This document shows, one piece after another, positions 50,776 through 61,487 of a stretch of 64,000 nt of DNA. The notes beneath the pieces were generated by a model. It made no database searches, had not been told where the DNA came from, and saw only the letters and a list, made by a program, of their open reading frames with translations. The stretch is from a bacterium (lineage in GTDB: Bacteria > Patescibacteriota > Patescibacteriia > UBA1558 > UBA10009): NCBI GenBank assembly GCA_018672055.1, contig JABHGM010000001.1, forward strand, positions 200,884 to 264,883, written 5' to 3'. A program made the position numbers and the translations under genes. Within the stretch, counting starts at the first letter, position 1; every line of letters begins with the position of its first letter.

Positions 50776-51909
50776 TTACTTTTTAAAAGACCCTTTAATT
50801 ATTTCTATAACTTCTTCTTCTGCTTGATCAAGTGATTTAGTTAAACTAAACTCTACTTCATTCTTATCACCAGTAGGTGAAAATGTACGAGTTAAGCTTT
50901 GAATTGAGGTAGTTCCTAGTGAACGAGCTAAAACTTTAGTTTCATTTATATCAGTTTGATAGAATAAAACTACGAGTTCAGCAAGAGGCGAAGTACTAAT
51001 TAAATCATCTATTATACCTGTCATATCTTTAGGTGAAGTATTGCTTTCAGTAAAATCATGAGGATTAATTTTTGACCAAATTAACTTAGCATCTTTATCA
51101 TATTGAAGTCTAGCTAATATTCTACCCCATAGCTTTAAAGTATTAATAGTTTTAGTTTGAAAAAGGTTAGTTACTATTTCTTGTCTCTTAGCTCCTGCTT
51201 CTATTAATTCAGAAGCAATATGTAGAGCTTTAGGTGTAACGTTTGATGTTTTAAAACTTCTAGTTGCAGAAATCATACCAGCTAGTAAACAAGTTGCTAG
51301 CTCTTTATCCATTACTTGTTCTTCCCAGGTATTTATTTGATTATATATTATTTCACAAGATGATGTAGCTGTTAGATCTAATAGATTAATATGTCCATAT
51401 TGTTCATTAGCTGGATTGTTATCAATATTAATTACAGGTACTTGGTAGAAGAAATCTCTATGATGTTCATATATCTTACCTAGTGAATCTAAATCAGTAG
51501 CTCCTACAATAATAATTAAATCAAAAGCAAATTCACTTGTTTTGAATTTAAGGTCATCGGGTGTAAAAACTCCTTGTTTAGGAGTTAAATAAATATTCAG
51601 ATTAGTTCCTTGTAAGTCATAGCTTAGTTCATCAATACCTGTTTGAGTTACGTCTAAGTTAATGATGAATTTTTTTAATTTATTTACATCACTCTTAACA
51701 TTACTAATTTCAGGTAAAAAAGAGTATTCTTTAGGAATACTAAAATTATCAATAATTACTTCACTATTCTTATTTACTTTCTTTAAAATTTGTTTTAAAG
51801 CAAGACATGAGGCAAGTCCATCTCCTGTGGGATTTGCTTTAGTTGTAATTAGAATCTTTTTTCCCTTATTAATAAGTTCTAAGATTTGGTTTTCTGTGTT
51901 TTTTGCCAT
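50776..51909 (-). CDS. DHH-family phosphoesterase (NrnA-like), divergent DHHA1
   Basis: ILITTKANPTGDGLAS DHH motif near the N-terminus. The C-terminal region lacks a clear GGGH motif. Confidence 0.6.
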   Translation of the reverse strand: MAKNTENQILELINKGKKILITTKANPTGDGLASCLALKQILKKVNKNSEVIIDNFSIPKEYSFLPEISNVKSDVNKLKKFIINLDVTQTGIDELSYDLQGTNLNIYLTPKQGVFTPDDLKFKTSEFAFDLIIIVGATDLDSLGKIYEHHRDFFYQVPVINIDNNPANEQYGHINLLDLTATSSCEIIYNQINTWEEQVMDKELATCLLAGMISATRSFKTSNVTPKALHIASELIEAGAKRQEIVTNLFQTKTINTLKLWGRILARLQYDKDAKLIWSKINPHDFTESNTSPKDMTGIIDDLISTSPLAELVVLFYQTDINETKVLARSLGTTSIQSLTRTFSPTGDKNEVEFSLTKSLDQAEEEVIEIIKGSFKK

Positions 51910-52098
51910 TTTAACTGTTATTTCTTATATAATTTGCATGGGAATAGACTATAATATCTAAATACTTAATATATGTCAAGTATTTACTAAATTACTACAT
52001 ATTAACAGTTAATTTTACTTATTTTACAGGTATTAGTCAAAGTGGAAAAAGCCTTAAAATATTGACTTTTTTACCCTATTTTAGTACCCTTTATTAAT

Positions 52099-54117
52099 AT
52101 GAATGTCTCAGAAGTAGCCCGTAGGCTAAAAATGAATACAAAAGAACTCTTAGAAACTCTTCCTGAGCTTGGTTTTGATATTGGTAAACGTGCTATTAAA
52201 GTAGATGATAGATTAGTAGACAAGATAATAATGGCTGTTGAAGAAGACAGGAAGAAAAAGAGAATTGCTAAAAGAGAAGGTAAGGTTAAAGAGATTAAAT
52301 TAGGTGATAAAGATAAAGATAATAAGAAAGAAGCTGGTCAAGAAGTTAAGATAGGAGATGTTATCATAGTAAATGAATTTGCTGAGAAATTAGGGTTACC
52401 TGTTACCAAGGTTATTGCTGAGCTTATGAAGAATGGTATTATGAGTACCTTGAATGAAAGAATTGATTTTGAAACAGCTACTATTATTGGTGAAGACTTA
52501 GATTTTAAAATAGTTAAAGCAAGTGCGGATGATGAATTAAAAGAACTTAGTGAAGAACAAGATAAGCATTTAAAAAAGATATTAGCTGGAGAAAAAGATG
52601 ACAAGAATTTAGTAGAACGTCCTCCTGTTGTAGTAGTTATGGGGCATGTTGATCATGGTAAGACTAAATTACTTGATGCTATACGTAGCACTAATGTAGC
52701 TGAGGGAGAGAGTGGTGGTATTACTCAACATATTGGAGCCTATCAAGTTGAAGATAATAATAAGTTAATTACTTTTTTAGATACTCCAGGTCATGAAGCT
52801 TTTAAAGCTATGAGAGCTCGTGGTTCTAAGATTGCTGATGTTGCTATTATTATAGTAGCTGCTGACGAAGGGTTTAAACCACAAACATTAGAAGTAATTG
52901 ATTTAGTTCAAAAAGAAAAGTTGCCATTTGTTGTAGCTATAAACAAGATTGATAAGGAAGGTGCTGATGTTGAGAAAGTAAAAAAAGATTTATCTGAAAT
53001 AAATCTAATACCAGAGGATTGGGGCGGCAAAACTGTTTGCGTACCAATATCTGCTAAAGAGAATAAGAATATTAAAGAACTTTTAGATACTGTATTATTA
53101 GTTGCTGATTTAGAAGAGTTTAAGGCTAATCCAAACAGAGATGCTGTTGGTACAATTATTGAATCTCATGTTGATAAAGGACAAGGTCCAGTAGCTACTG
53201 CTTTAGTTCAAAGTGGAACTCTAAATCTAGGTGATATGTTTATTGTAGGTAAAGCATCTGGTAAGGTTAAAGCTATGAAAAACTATAAGGGAGATGATTT
53301 AAAAACAGCAGGACCATCTACACCGGTTAAGATACTTGGTTTAAAAGGTCTACCTCAAGTTGGCGACATTCTAGAAGAAACAACTGATAAGAAGAAATTA
53401 AAAGCAGTTTCTAAAAATATTCAATTTTCTAGTCCTCAATCAGTAGCAACTGTAACTAGTAATAATAATCAAGATGATGATGAAGAAGAAGATGATTTAC
53501 CTAAACTTACTGTTGTCTTAAAAACTGATGTTTTAGGTTCACAAGAAGCTATTCTTGAAGCATTTGAAAAATTTAAAAATCCAGATATTGAACTTAAAGT
53601 AATTAAAAAGGGCTTAGGTAATGTAACTGATGTTGATATTATGGATGCAGAAACTGCTAAAGCTATAGTTTTAGCATATCGTGTTAATTCTGTACCTTCT
53701 GCTAAAGAATTATCACGTGATAGAAATGTACCTATACTTGATTTTGATATTATATATAAATTACTTGAAGATATTGAAGAAAGATTAAATAACCTATTAT
53801 CACCAGAGACTGTAAGAAGAGAATTAGGTAAGATAAAAGTACTTGCCATATTTAAACGTGGTAAAAAGTCTATGGTAGTTGGTGGTAAGGTAATTGAAGG
53901 TAAAGCTGAAACTAAAACTAAAGTTAAAGTAATGCGTGGTGATGAAAGAATGACTACAGGTGATTTAACTAGTTTGCAAGCTGGTAAAGAAGAAGTAAGA
54001 GAAGTGGTTAAAGGTCAAGAATGTGGTCTTGAGTTTACTGGTGATACTATAATTGAAGAAGAGGATGTATTAGAAATTTATGAAGAGAAGGTAGAAAAAA
54101 GAATTTTAAGTAAATAA
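52099..54117 (+). CDS. infB: Translation initiation factor IF-2
   Basis: GTPase G1 VVVMGHVDHGKT, DTPGH and NKID motifs, and C-terminal beta-barrel domains. Confidence 0.9.
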   Translation: MNVSEVARRLKMNTKELLETLPELGFDIGKRAIKVDDRLVDKIIMAVEEDRKKKRIAKREGKVKEIKLGDKDKDNKKEAGQEVKIGDVIIVNEFAEKLGLPVTKVIAELMKNGIMSTLNERIDFETATIIGEDLDFKIVKASADDELKELSEEQDKHLKKILAGEKDDKNLVERPPVVVVMGHVDHGKTKLLDAIRSTNVAEGESGGITQHIGAYQVEDNNKLITFLDTPGHEAFKAMRARGSKIADVAIIIVAADEGFKPQTLEVIDLVQKEKLPFVVAINKIDKEGADVEKVKKDLSEINLIPEDWGGKTVCVPISAKENKNIKELLDTVLLVADLEEFKANPNRDAVGTIIESHVDKGQGPVATALVQSGTLNLGDMFIVGKASGKVKAMKNYKGDDLKTAGPSTPVKILGLKGLPQVGDILEETTDKKKLKAVSKNIQFSSPQSVATVTSNNNQDDDEEEDDLPKLTVVLKTDVLGSQEAILEAFEKFKNPDIELKVIKKGLGNVTDVDIMDAETAKAIVLAYRVNSVPSAKELSRDRNVPILDFDIIYKLLEDIEERLNNLLSPETVRRELGKIKVLAIFKRGKKSMVVGGKVIEGKAETKTKVKVMRGDERMTTGDLTSLQAGKEEVREVVKGQECGLEFTGDTIIEEEDVLEIYEEKVEKRILSK

Positions 54118-54121
54118 ATAT

Positions 54122-54460
54122 ATGGAACAAAGAGCTAGACAAATAGCTGAGGTTATTCAACATGAATTGAATAATTTTTTTGTAAGAGAAGTAGAGTTTC
54201 CTAAAGATTCGCTAGCTACTTTAATTAAAGTAGATGTTACTCCAGATTTAAAGCATGCCATACTTTATGTTTCTATTTTACCCATAAATAAGACAGGCAG
54301 TGTTTTAGAAGTTTTAAATAAGAGTTTGGGTAGAGCTAAGCATTATGTAAGTAGTAAGATAACAATTAGGAAGTGTCCGGAACTTAAAATAATAGTTGAT
54401 GATTATGAACTCCAACATCGGCAAGTAGCCAAGAAACTAGAAGAAATAGAAGATAAATAA
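54122..54460 (+). CDS. rbfA: Ribosome-binding factor A
   Basis: MEQRARQIAEVIQHELNNFF...KHAILYVSILP, in the conserved position after infB. Confidence 0.85.
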   Translation: MEQRARQIAEVIQHELNNFFVREVEFPKDSLATLIKVDVTPDLKHAILYVSILPINKTGSVLEVLNKSLGRAKHYVSSKITIRKCPELKIIVDDYELQHRQVAKKLEEIEDK

Positions 54461-54485
54461 ACCCTTCAAGTGAAGGGTTTTATAG
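54459..54485 (+). terminator. rbfA terminator
   Basis: aacccttca-agt-gaagggtt hairpin followed by TTATAG. Confidence 0.5.
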
Positions 54486-54554
54486 TATTTTTATTAATGC
54501 TTGACACATATATTAAACAGTAGTAGTATACTTAGTTAATAAAAATATATTATT

Positions 54555-55529
54555 ATGATAAAAGATTTAGCTACAGCTCAAGAAATATATTCAAGAATGA
54601 ATAATTCTTCAAATATATTACTCATAACTCATAAAAACCCTGACGGTGATGGTCTGGGTACTTTGAGTGCTTTAGCTATGTATTTGAAATCATTAAATAA
54701 GAAGTTTCAGTTATTTTGTTTAGATGAAGTATCTAAGAATTTTAGTTTTTTACCATTAATGCATGAAATAAGTAATGATCAAGAATTATTTAATAAAGAG
54801 AAATATGATTTAGTAATTGTTTTAGATTCAGGATCTCTTAATTATGCTGGAGTAGATAAATTAATTGAAAATATGGATTATACTCCATATATATTAAATA
54901 TAGATCATCATAAAACTAATGATGAATTTGGTAATCTAAATTTAGTTATTAGCTCAGCATCATCTACTTCAGAAATAATGTATGAATTATTTAGATTATG
55001 GAAAGTAACTATTACTAAAGATATGGCTACTTCATTATTAAATGGTATTATCTATGATACTGGAGTATTTTCTAACGCAGGTACTACGCTAGGCTCTTTA
55101 AAGGCCGCTTCTCATTTACTTAACCTTGGAGCAAGACATAGAGAAATAAATGAGAATTTTATACGTAATAAAAGTTTAAATTTACTTAAACTTTGGGGTA
55201 TTGCTTTTGAAAGATTATCATATAATCCTAAATATCAAATAGCTTATACGGTTTTAACTTATAAAGATTTTAAGAAGCTTGGTTTAGAAGAAGTAGCTTC
55301 TGAAGGTTTAAGTAATTTTTTTAATGAACTGGCTGGTGCTAAGATAGCTTTGGTCTTACATGAAAAAGAACCTGGTATAATTAAGGGTAGTTTAAGAACT
55401 ACTCATGATGATGTTGATGTAGCAAAACTTGCTAAAACTTGGGGTGGTGGCGGACATCAAAAAGCTGCTGGCTTTACTATTTCTGGTACTTTAGTCTATA
55501 ATGACAATAAGTGGAGTATTAATAAATAA
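54555..55529 (+). CDS. nrnA: Bifunctional oligoribonuclease/pAp-phosphatase NrnA (DHH + DHHA1)
   Basis: LLITHKNPDGDGLGT (DHH) and WGGGGHQKAAGFT (DHHA1 GGGH). Confidence 0.75.
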   Translation: MIKDLATAQEIYSRMNNSSNILLITHKNPDGDGLGTLSALAMYLKSLNKKFQLFCLDEVSKNFSFLPLMHEISNDQELFNKEKYDLVIVLDSGSLNYAGVDKLIENMDYTPYILNIDHHKTNDEFGNLNLVISSASSTSEIMYELFRLWKVTITKDMATSLLNGIIYDTGVFSNAGTTLGSLKAASHLLNLGARHREINENFIRNKSLNLLKLWGIAFERLSYNPKYQIAYTVLTYKDFKKLGLEEVASEGLSNFFNELAGAKIALVLHEKEPGIIKGSLRTTHDDVDVAKLAKTWGGGGHQKAAGFTISGTLVYNDNKWSINK

Positions 55530-55541
55530 TTATATAAATAT

Positions 55542-56117
55542 ATGACATTAATTCCAACAGTTATTGAAAAATCAACACATGGTGAAAGAGCCTATGATAT
55601 TTACTCTCGTTTACTTAAAGAACGTATTATTTTTTTAGGTGAAGCAGTAGATGATAGAGTAGCTAATAATGTAATAGCTCAAATGCTTTTTTTAGAATCA
55701 CAAGATGCTAAGAGTGATATTAAGCTCTATTTAAATACGCCAGGCGGTAGTGTTACTGATGGCTTAGCTATTTATGATACTATGCAATATATTAAATGTG
55801 ATGTTTCTACCTTATGTTTAGGTATGGCTGCTTCTATGGGTGCTCTACTTCTATCTGCAGGTGCCAAAGGTAAAAGATTTGCTTTACCTAACTCACAGAT
55901 TTTAATACATCAAGTTATGGGTGGAGTACAAGGTCAAGCATCTGATATTAAGATTAAAGCCGAACAAATTTTAAAAATTAAAGATAGATTAAATCAAATC
56001 TTAGTCAAACATACTGGTAAAGATTTAAAAAACGTTGAAAAGGATACTGATCGTGATTATTATATGACTGCTGATGAAGCTTTAAAATATGGTTTAATTG
56101 ATAAGGTTATTAAGTAA
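55542..56117 (+). CDS. clpP: ATP-dependent Clp protease proteolytic subunit
   Basis: Ser GMAASMGA, His ILIHQVMGG, and the Asp of the catalytic triad. Confidence 0.9.
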   Translation: MTLIPTVIEKSTHGERAYDIYSRLLKERIIFLGEAVDDRVANNVIAQMLFLESQDAKSDIKLYLNTPGGSVTDGLAIYDTMQYIKCDVSTLCLGMAASMGALLLSAGAKGKRFALPNSQILIHQVMGGVQGQASDIKIKAEQILKIKDRLNQILVKHTGKDLKNVEKDTDRDYYMTADEALKYGLIDKVIK

Positions 56118-56168
56118 ACGTAATAAACATATATAAACGTTAGTTTTCGAATATAATATATAAACATT

Positions 56169-56192
56169 AAGCTCCTATTTAGGAGTTTTTTG
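56169..56192 (+). terminator. clpP terminator
   Basis: agctcctatttaggagtt hairpin followed by TTTTTG. Confidence 0.6.
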
Positions 56193-56479
56193 TTTAAGTT
56201 AGCTATTATTTACTTCCTTGACACTAGGTTATTATTATGTTAATCTTCAAATGATAAATTTTAAGTAATTAATATTAAATCAAGGAAGCTATTACTTAGA
56301 ATAAAAGATTGATTGATAGTACTGGAAGAAAAGAAGCAATTATTTTAACATTAATTTACTCACGTAATGAGTAAATATAGACTTCAAAATAATAATATCC
56401 TAATAGATTTAGGTTTTTGCTTGTAAAAGTCAATTTTTTATTTGTAATAACTTTCTTGTTTATTTAAAGGAATAAATAT

Positions 56480-58006
56480 ATGGAAGGTATTGTTTTAGTT
56501 ATTATATTGGTTTCAGGATTAGCAATTGGTGGTTTTGTTGGTTATTATTTTCGTAAACTATTTGCTGCTCGTGAAGTTGGTTCAGCTGAAAGAAAAGCTG
56601 AAGACTTATTAAATGAAGCTAAGAATAAACAAAAGGAAATACTCTTAGAAGCTAAAGATAAAGCTCTAAAAATCTTGGACGAATCAAAGAAAGAAGTTCA
56701 AGAAAGAATACAAGAAGTACGTCATCAACAAGAACGTATTGAAAAACGTGAAACTTCTTTTGATAAGAAGCTTCTTGGCTTAGAATCAAAAGAAGAAGAA
56801 CTTCAAGAGAAAGTAGTTAAATTAGATGAAATTAAGGCAGAAGTAATAAAGATTAAAGAAACTCAATTTGAGAAATTAGAAAAGATTGCTAAGTTAACTA
56901 AAAAAGAAGCAGAAAAAATATTATTAGAAAATGTTGAGAATAAGATAAAGGATGATTTAGTTGAAAGAGTTAGAAAATTAGAAAATGAATCTTCTGAAGT
57001 AATTGAAGCTCAAACTAAAGATCTATTATCTTCAGTTATTCAAAGATGTGCTTCTTCTCATTCAGTAGAAACTACTACTACATCCGTTACTTTACCAAGT
57101 GATGAAATGAAGGGTAGAATTATTGGACGTGAAGGTAGAAATATTAAAGCTATTGAACAATTAACTGGTGTAGAGATAGTTGTAGATGATACACCTGAAA
57201 CTATTCTAGTAAGTGGTTTTTCTCCAATTAGAAGACACTTAGCTAAAAGAACTCTAGATAAATTAATGGCTGATGGACGTATTCATCCAGGACGTATTGA
57301 AGAAACAGTTGAAGAAGCTAAAAAAGATTTAGCTTTAGATATTAAAAAAGCTGGTGAAACTGCTGCCCATAAAATGGGTATTGCTGGTTTAGATCCAAAA
57401 CTCATTCAATTACTAGGACGTTTAAAATACAGAACTAGTTACGGTCAGAATCAGTTATTACATGCTATGGAAGTGGCTCAGCTATCTAAACTTTTAGCAG
57501 AAGAGTTAGGCGCTAATGTAGCTGTAGCTAAAAAAGGTGGTCTATTACATGATATTGGTAAAGCTGTTGATCATGAAGTACAAGGTGGTCATCCTCAAAT
57601 CGGTTATGACATCATGAAGAAATTTGGCTTACCTGAAGAAGTAGCCTACATGTCTATTGCTCATCATGAAGATAATCCAAAAAATATTGAAGGTATTATT
57701 GTTAAAGTTGCTGATGCTATTTCTGGTGCTAGAATTGGAGCTCGTAAAAATACTTTAGAAGATTATGTACAACGTTTAGATGAATTAGAAGGTGTAGCCA
57801 TTTCATTTGAAGGTGTAGAAAAAGCCTATGCTATTCAAGCTGGACGTGAACTAAGAGTCTTTGTTACTCCAGATAACGTTGATGATTGGCAAGCAACTAA
57901 ATTAGCTCGTGATATTGCTGATAGAATTGAAGAAGAATTAAAATATCCTGGTGAAATTAAAGTACATGTTATACGTGAAAAACGTATCCTAGAATACGCT
58001 AGATAA
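56480..58006 (+). CDS. rny: Ribonuclease Y
   Basis: N-terminal TM helix, coiled coil, KH domain (GREGRNIKAIEQLTGVEIVVDD) and HD domain (LLHDIGKAVDHEV). Confidence 0.9.
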   Translation: MEGIVLVIILVSGLAIGGFVGYYFRKLFAAREVGSAERKAEDLLNEAKNKQKEILLEAKDKALKILDESKKEVQERIQEVRHQQERIEKRETSFDKKLLGLESKEEELQEKVVKLDEIKAEVIKIKETQFEKLEKIAKLTKKEAEKILLENVENKIKDDLVERVRKLENESSEVIEAQTKDLLSSVIQRCASSHSVETTTTSVTLPSDEMKGRIIGREGRNIKAIEQLTGVEIVVDDTPETILVSGFSPIRRHLAKRTLDKLMADGRIHPGRIEETVEEAKKDLALDIKKAGETAAHKMGIAGLDPKLIQLLGRLKYRTSYGQNQLLHAMEVAQLSKLLAEELGANVAVAKKGGLLHDIGKAVDHEVQGGHPQIGYDIMKKFGLPEEVAYMSIAHHEDNPKNIEGIIVKVADAISGARIGARKNTLEDYVQRLDELEGVAISFEGVEKAYAIQAGRELRVFVTPDNVDDWQATKLARDIADRIEEELKYPGEIKVHVIREKRILEYAR

Positions 58007-58013
58007 AAAACAT

Positions 58014-58799
58014 ATGAAAATACTATTCTTTGGTGACATTGAAGGTAAAATAGGTAGACTTGGTTTAACTGAGGTCTTACCTCAATTAAAAGAAAAATAT
58101 CAACCTGATATTACTATTGCTAATGCTGAGAATTTAGCTCATGGTAAAGGTGTTACAGCTAGTACTTTAACCTCCATGAAAGAAATTGGTATTGATTTAT
58201 TTACTTCAGGTAATCATGTTTGGAAAAAGGCGGATGTTAAAGAGTCAGTTAAAGAGTCAAAAACTACTTTAATTACACCGGCCAATGATCCAAGAACAGC
58301 AGATGGTGATGGTTATAAAGTAATTGATATTAAAGGTGAAAAATTATTAGTTATTAATCTATTAGGTCGTGTTTTTATGCATGAAGATGGTTTAAGATGT
58401 CCTTTTAAAGAAGTTGATGAAATACTTAAAAAACATGATACTAAGCATATTCTAGTTGATATTCATGCCGAGGCTACTTCAGAGAAAGTTGCTATGGGTT
58501 GGTACTTAGATGGCAAGGCTTCTATGGTAATTGGTACACATACTCATGTTTCAACTGATGATTTAAAGAAGTTACATAAAGGTACTGGATATATAACAGA
58601 TATTGGTATGGTAGGGCCTACTGATTCAGTAATTGGTATAGATAAAGATATAATAATTGATAAGTTTATCAATGATTCTCATACTGCGTTTGAAATACCA
58701 AAATCAGGTGAAGTAGAAGTTAATGGCTTGTTTATTGAATTAGATAAAAAAGGTAAGATTGAAAAAATTGAAAAAATCTACAAAACTGTTATTATATAA
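58014..58799 (+). CDS. ymdB: YmdB-type metallophosphoesterase (TIGR00282; 2',3'-cNMP phosphodiesterase)
   Basis: MKILFFGDIEGKIGR...GNHVWKK, with conserved rny-ymdB synteny. Confidence 0.8.
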   Translation: MKILFFGDIEGKIGRLGLTEVLPQLKEKYQPDITIANAENLAHGKGVTASTLTSMKEIGIDLFTSGNHVWKKADVKESVKESKTTLITPANDPRTADGDGYKVIDIKGEKLLVINLLGRVFMHEDGLRCPFKEVDEILKKHDTKHILVDIHAEATSEKVAMGWYLDGKASMVIGTHTHVSTDDLKKLHKGTGYITDIGMVGPTDSVIGIDKDIIIDKFINDSHTAFEIPKSGEVEVNGLFIELDKKGKIEKIEKIYKTVII

Positions 58800-58823
58800 G
58801 TATAATAATTAATTCATAATAAT

Positions 58824-59129
58824 ATGAATAAAGCAGCGCTAGCAGAAACAATAGCTAAAAAAGTTGATTCTAATAAGAATCAAGCTGTTGAGTTCTTGGA
58901 TGCTTTCGAGGATATTATTACTGAAACCATAAAAGGTGGTGACGATGTTACCCTGACAGGTTTTGGTACATTCTCAGCAAGAGTAAGAAAAGCTAGAATG
59001 GGGGTTAATCCTCAAAATCCTACAGAAAGAATTCAGATTCCAACTGTAACTGTACCAAAGTTTAAAGCAGGTAAAGCTTTAAAGGATGCTTTAAAAGCTA
59101 AAGTTGAAACAGTTTCAGAACAGGAATAA
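58824..59129 (+). CDS. hup: HU-family DNA-binding protein
   Basis: MNKAALAETIAKK...GFGTFSARVRKARMGVNPQNPTERIQIP. Confidence 0.85.
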   Translation: MNKAALAETIAKKVDSNKNQAVEFLDAFEDIITETIKGGDDVTLTGFGTFSARVRKARMGVNPQNPTERIQIPTVTVPKFKAGKALKDALKAKVETVSEQE

Positions 59130-59159
59130 CACATATTAAAAAAAATAAGTTTTTATATA

Positions 59160-59196
59160 TTAAAAAACAAGGTTTTAATTAACCTTGTTTTTATTT
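59160..59196. terminator. Bidirectional terminator between hup and the convergent minus-strand operon
   Basis: aacaaggtt-ttaatt-aaccttgtt hairpin with an A-run on one side and a T-run on the other. Confidence 0.65.
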
Positions 59197-59199
59197 ATT

Positions 59200-59952
59200 T
59201 TATGGATATATAACTAATATATTCTTATCACCTTTTAAAATATCTTCTTCGTTCCAGTCATGTATAGCATTCATTAAAGTATCATAAGTATAGGTAAAGT
59301 CTTCTCCTCTGTATGTTCCAGGATCGTTAGTTACAAAATGAGTTTTGGTATAACCTTTAATAACTAACATATGGTATATAGGTCCAGGTGGTTTAAAAAA
59401 AGGATTATTTAGTTCTCTACCAGCTGCTGGTACAATAACTGGTCTACCGGCTACAATATGTTTTTTTATATCATCAATAGTTGGTTCATTAATTATTTCA
59501 ACTTTGTCATAATTAAAATAATCTAAAATCATTTCTTTAGTTTCGTAAGTAGTTAAGTCAAAGTGACCTTGCCATTTATCCATTTGCCAATCAACCATAC
59601 TTAATATTTCATCTGTAGCTAGTTGCTTAGTAAATTGTTTTTGAGTATAAAAATAATGAATCATAAGGGGGGATGCCTCTTCACAAGCTTCTTTAAATAA
59701 AGCGTTCCAATCAGCAAAAGGAGCTTGTGAGGTAAAAGGTACATTTAAATTGTATTCAGTAGGTAGTTCAGTAATTATCACTGTTTCTTGCTCAATATTT
59801 GGCTCATTTTGGGGTATTTCTACGTATTCTTGAGCAATGGGTATATCTGGTTTAAATAGCTCAAATACGTAGTTTTTTATCTTAATTCTTGATATAAAAA
59901 AAGCTCCTATTATAAGTAGGAGTATAGTTGTTATGAGAAGCTTTTTTTTCAT
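59200..59952 (-). CDS. Membrane-anchored protein with possible C39-like (papain-fold) peptidase domain
   Basis: N-terminal TM segment, then SQAPFADWNALFKEACEEASPLM (a Q...C arrangement). The family assignment is tentative. Confidence 0.35.
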   Translation of the reverse strand: MKKKLLITTILLLIIGAFFISRIKIKNYVFELFKPDIPIAQEYVEIPQNEPNIEQETVIITELPTEYNLNVPFTSQAPFADWNALFKEACEEASPLMIHYFYTQKQFTKQLATDEILSMVDWQMDKWQGHFDLTTYETKEMILDYFNYDKVEIINEPTIDDIKKHIVAGRPVIVPAAGRELNNPFFKPPGPIYHMLVIKGYTKTHFVTNDPGTYRGEDFTYTYDTLMNAIHDWNEEDILKGDKNILVIYP

Positions 59953-59953
59953 T

Positions 59954-61414
59954 TTACTTTGTTATATATGAGTTATATACATCAGATTTTTTCCAAGAAT
60001 TCCAATTAATGTCAGTATGAACAGTCTTGCCACCATGAATAATTGATTTATATATAGCATTTATTGAATAATCACCATAGATAAAAGCATTAACGTAAAT
60101 TGACCAATATTTTTTACTAAGCGGAATAGAACCATTAAATTTTTCTTCTAATTCATTTTTAAGAATAACTGCATTACTATGTTCTTCTTCTTTGCTTATT
60201 CTAGATTTATTATAGGCAAAGATGTCTTCTTTATTTACAGATACTATAGCTTTTAATAATCTACCAGGACCTAGCGGATCATAACCATTTGTTACTTCAT
60301 TACCATCAAGGTATCCATCACCATCACTATCACTTTTAATTGGTGAAGTACCATATATTTTTTCTTGACCATTATTTAAACCATCACTATCAAAATCTTG
60401 AAAATCATCAAATCTATTATATTGATTATTTGAGATTAATGAGTTATTTGATTCTAAACCAGCTGGCGGGGTTGTTAATTCATATTTGAATGATGTTTTT
60501 TTCTTACCAAATACATCTTCGATGTTAATAAAGTAGAGATAAGTAGTTTCAGGCTCTAAATTAGTATAAGTAATTATGTTCTTAGTAGAACGTGGATCTG
60601 TAAAGGTAATTTTATTATTAGCTTTAGTTTTGCCTAATTTAATATATCCTTCAACTGGTCTATTTGTATTAATTGTAATAATAGCGTTTGAAGTTCCATC
60701 TTCTAAGTTAATAGTTTGTGTATCAAAATTATATGATAGTTCTGTTATTGTGTCATCTTGAGGATTAGTAGTTATTGAATAACCAACAGACATATTTTCA
60801 TTACCATTCTTATCTTTTGAATATACTTTATAATAGTATCTAGTATTTTTTTTAAGACTCTTAACAGTAATATCGTGAATATACTTTCTTGAAGAATAAC
60901 ATTTATGTTTATCTAAATCATTTTCTGAAGTTCCATAATATACACAACCGCTAGCTTTCTTATCAGTATGCCAAACAAAAGTAGCAGTATTACCTGATAT
61001 CAAAGAAGTATATATTTCTTGTAGTTTAGGTGGGGTAGTATCATTTTCATCTCCTGAAGTAAACGATAATACAATCGTTTCTATAGATCTACTATAATTA
61101 TCAAAAACTTCAATTTGAAAATAATATTTAGTATCATCTTCTAAGCCAGATAAATAGGTATCATGATATTTAGATATTTCATTATCACCAACCCATGAAC
61201 CAAATTCATCAGTTTTGCCATAATTAATAATACCGGAAGTAGGGAAATTAGTGGACCAGCTGATTAAAGTCTTATTTTCTTCATTTAAATAAGTAGCTTC
61301 AGTTATTGCTAATGGTTCTAATATTAGATTTTCAGCCTTTAAAATAGGTGAATTTATTAGAGTAATAGCTAATATTAGGGAATAAATGATTGATTTTGTT
61401 ATAATATTATTCAT
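59954..61414 (-). CDS. Secreted protein with two FN3-like domains and Asp-rich calcium-binding (TSP3-like) repeats
   Basis: Signal peptide. FN3-like regions (…LISWSTNFPTSGIINYG…KYYFQIEV; …TATFVWHTDKKASGCVYYG…RYYYKVYS). DFDSDGLNNGQE...SDSDGDGYLDGNE repeats. Confidence 0.4.
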   Translation of the reverse strand: MNNIITKSIIYSLILAITLINSPILKAENLILEPLAITEATYLNEENKTLISWSTNFPTSGIINYGKTDEFGSWVGDNEISKYHDTYLSGLEDDTKYYFQIEVFDNYSRSIETIVLSFTSGDENDTTPPKLQEIYTSLISGNTATFVWHTDKKASGCVYYGTSENDLDKHKCYSSRKYIHDITVKSLKKNTRYYYKVYSKDKNGNENMSVGYSITTNPQDDTITELSYNFDTQTINLEDGTSNAIITINTNRPVEGYIKLGKTKANNKITFTDPRSTKNIITYTNLEPETTYLYFINIEDVFGKKKTSFKYELTTPPAGLESNNSLISNNQYNRFDDFQDFDSDGLNNGQEKIYGTSPIKSDSDGDGYLDGNEVTNGYDPLGPGRLLKAIVSVNKEDIFAYNKSRISKEEEHSNAVILKNELEEKFNGSIPLSKKYWSIYVNAFIYGDYSINAIYKSIIHGGKTVHTDINWNSWKKSDVYNSYITK

Positions 61415-61487
61415 ATATTTAATAATATATATTGATTATACTACATAGTATAGCAGTTTTTACATATTTTGTCAATATTTAACCTAT

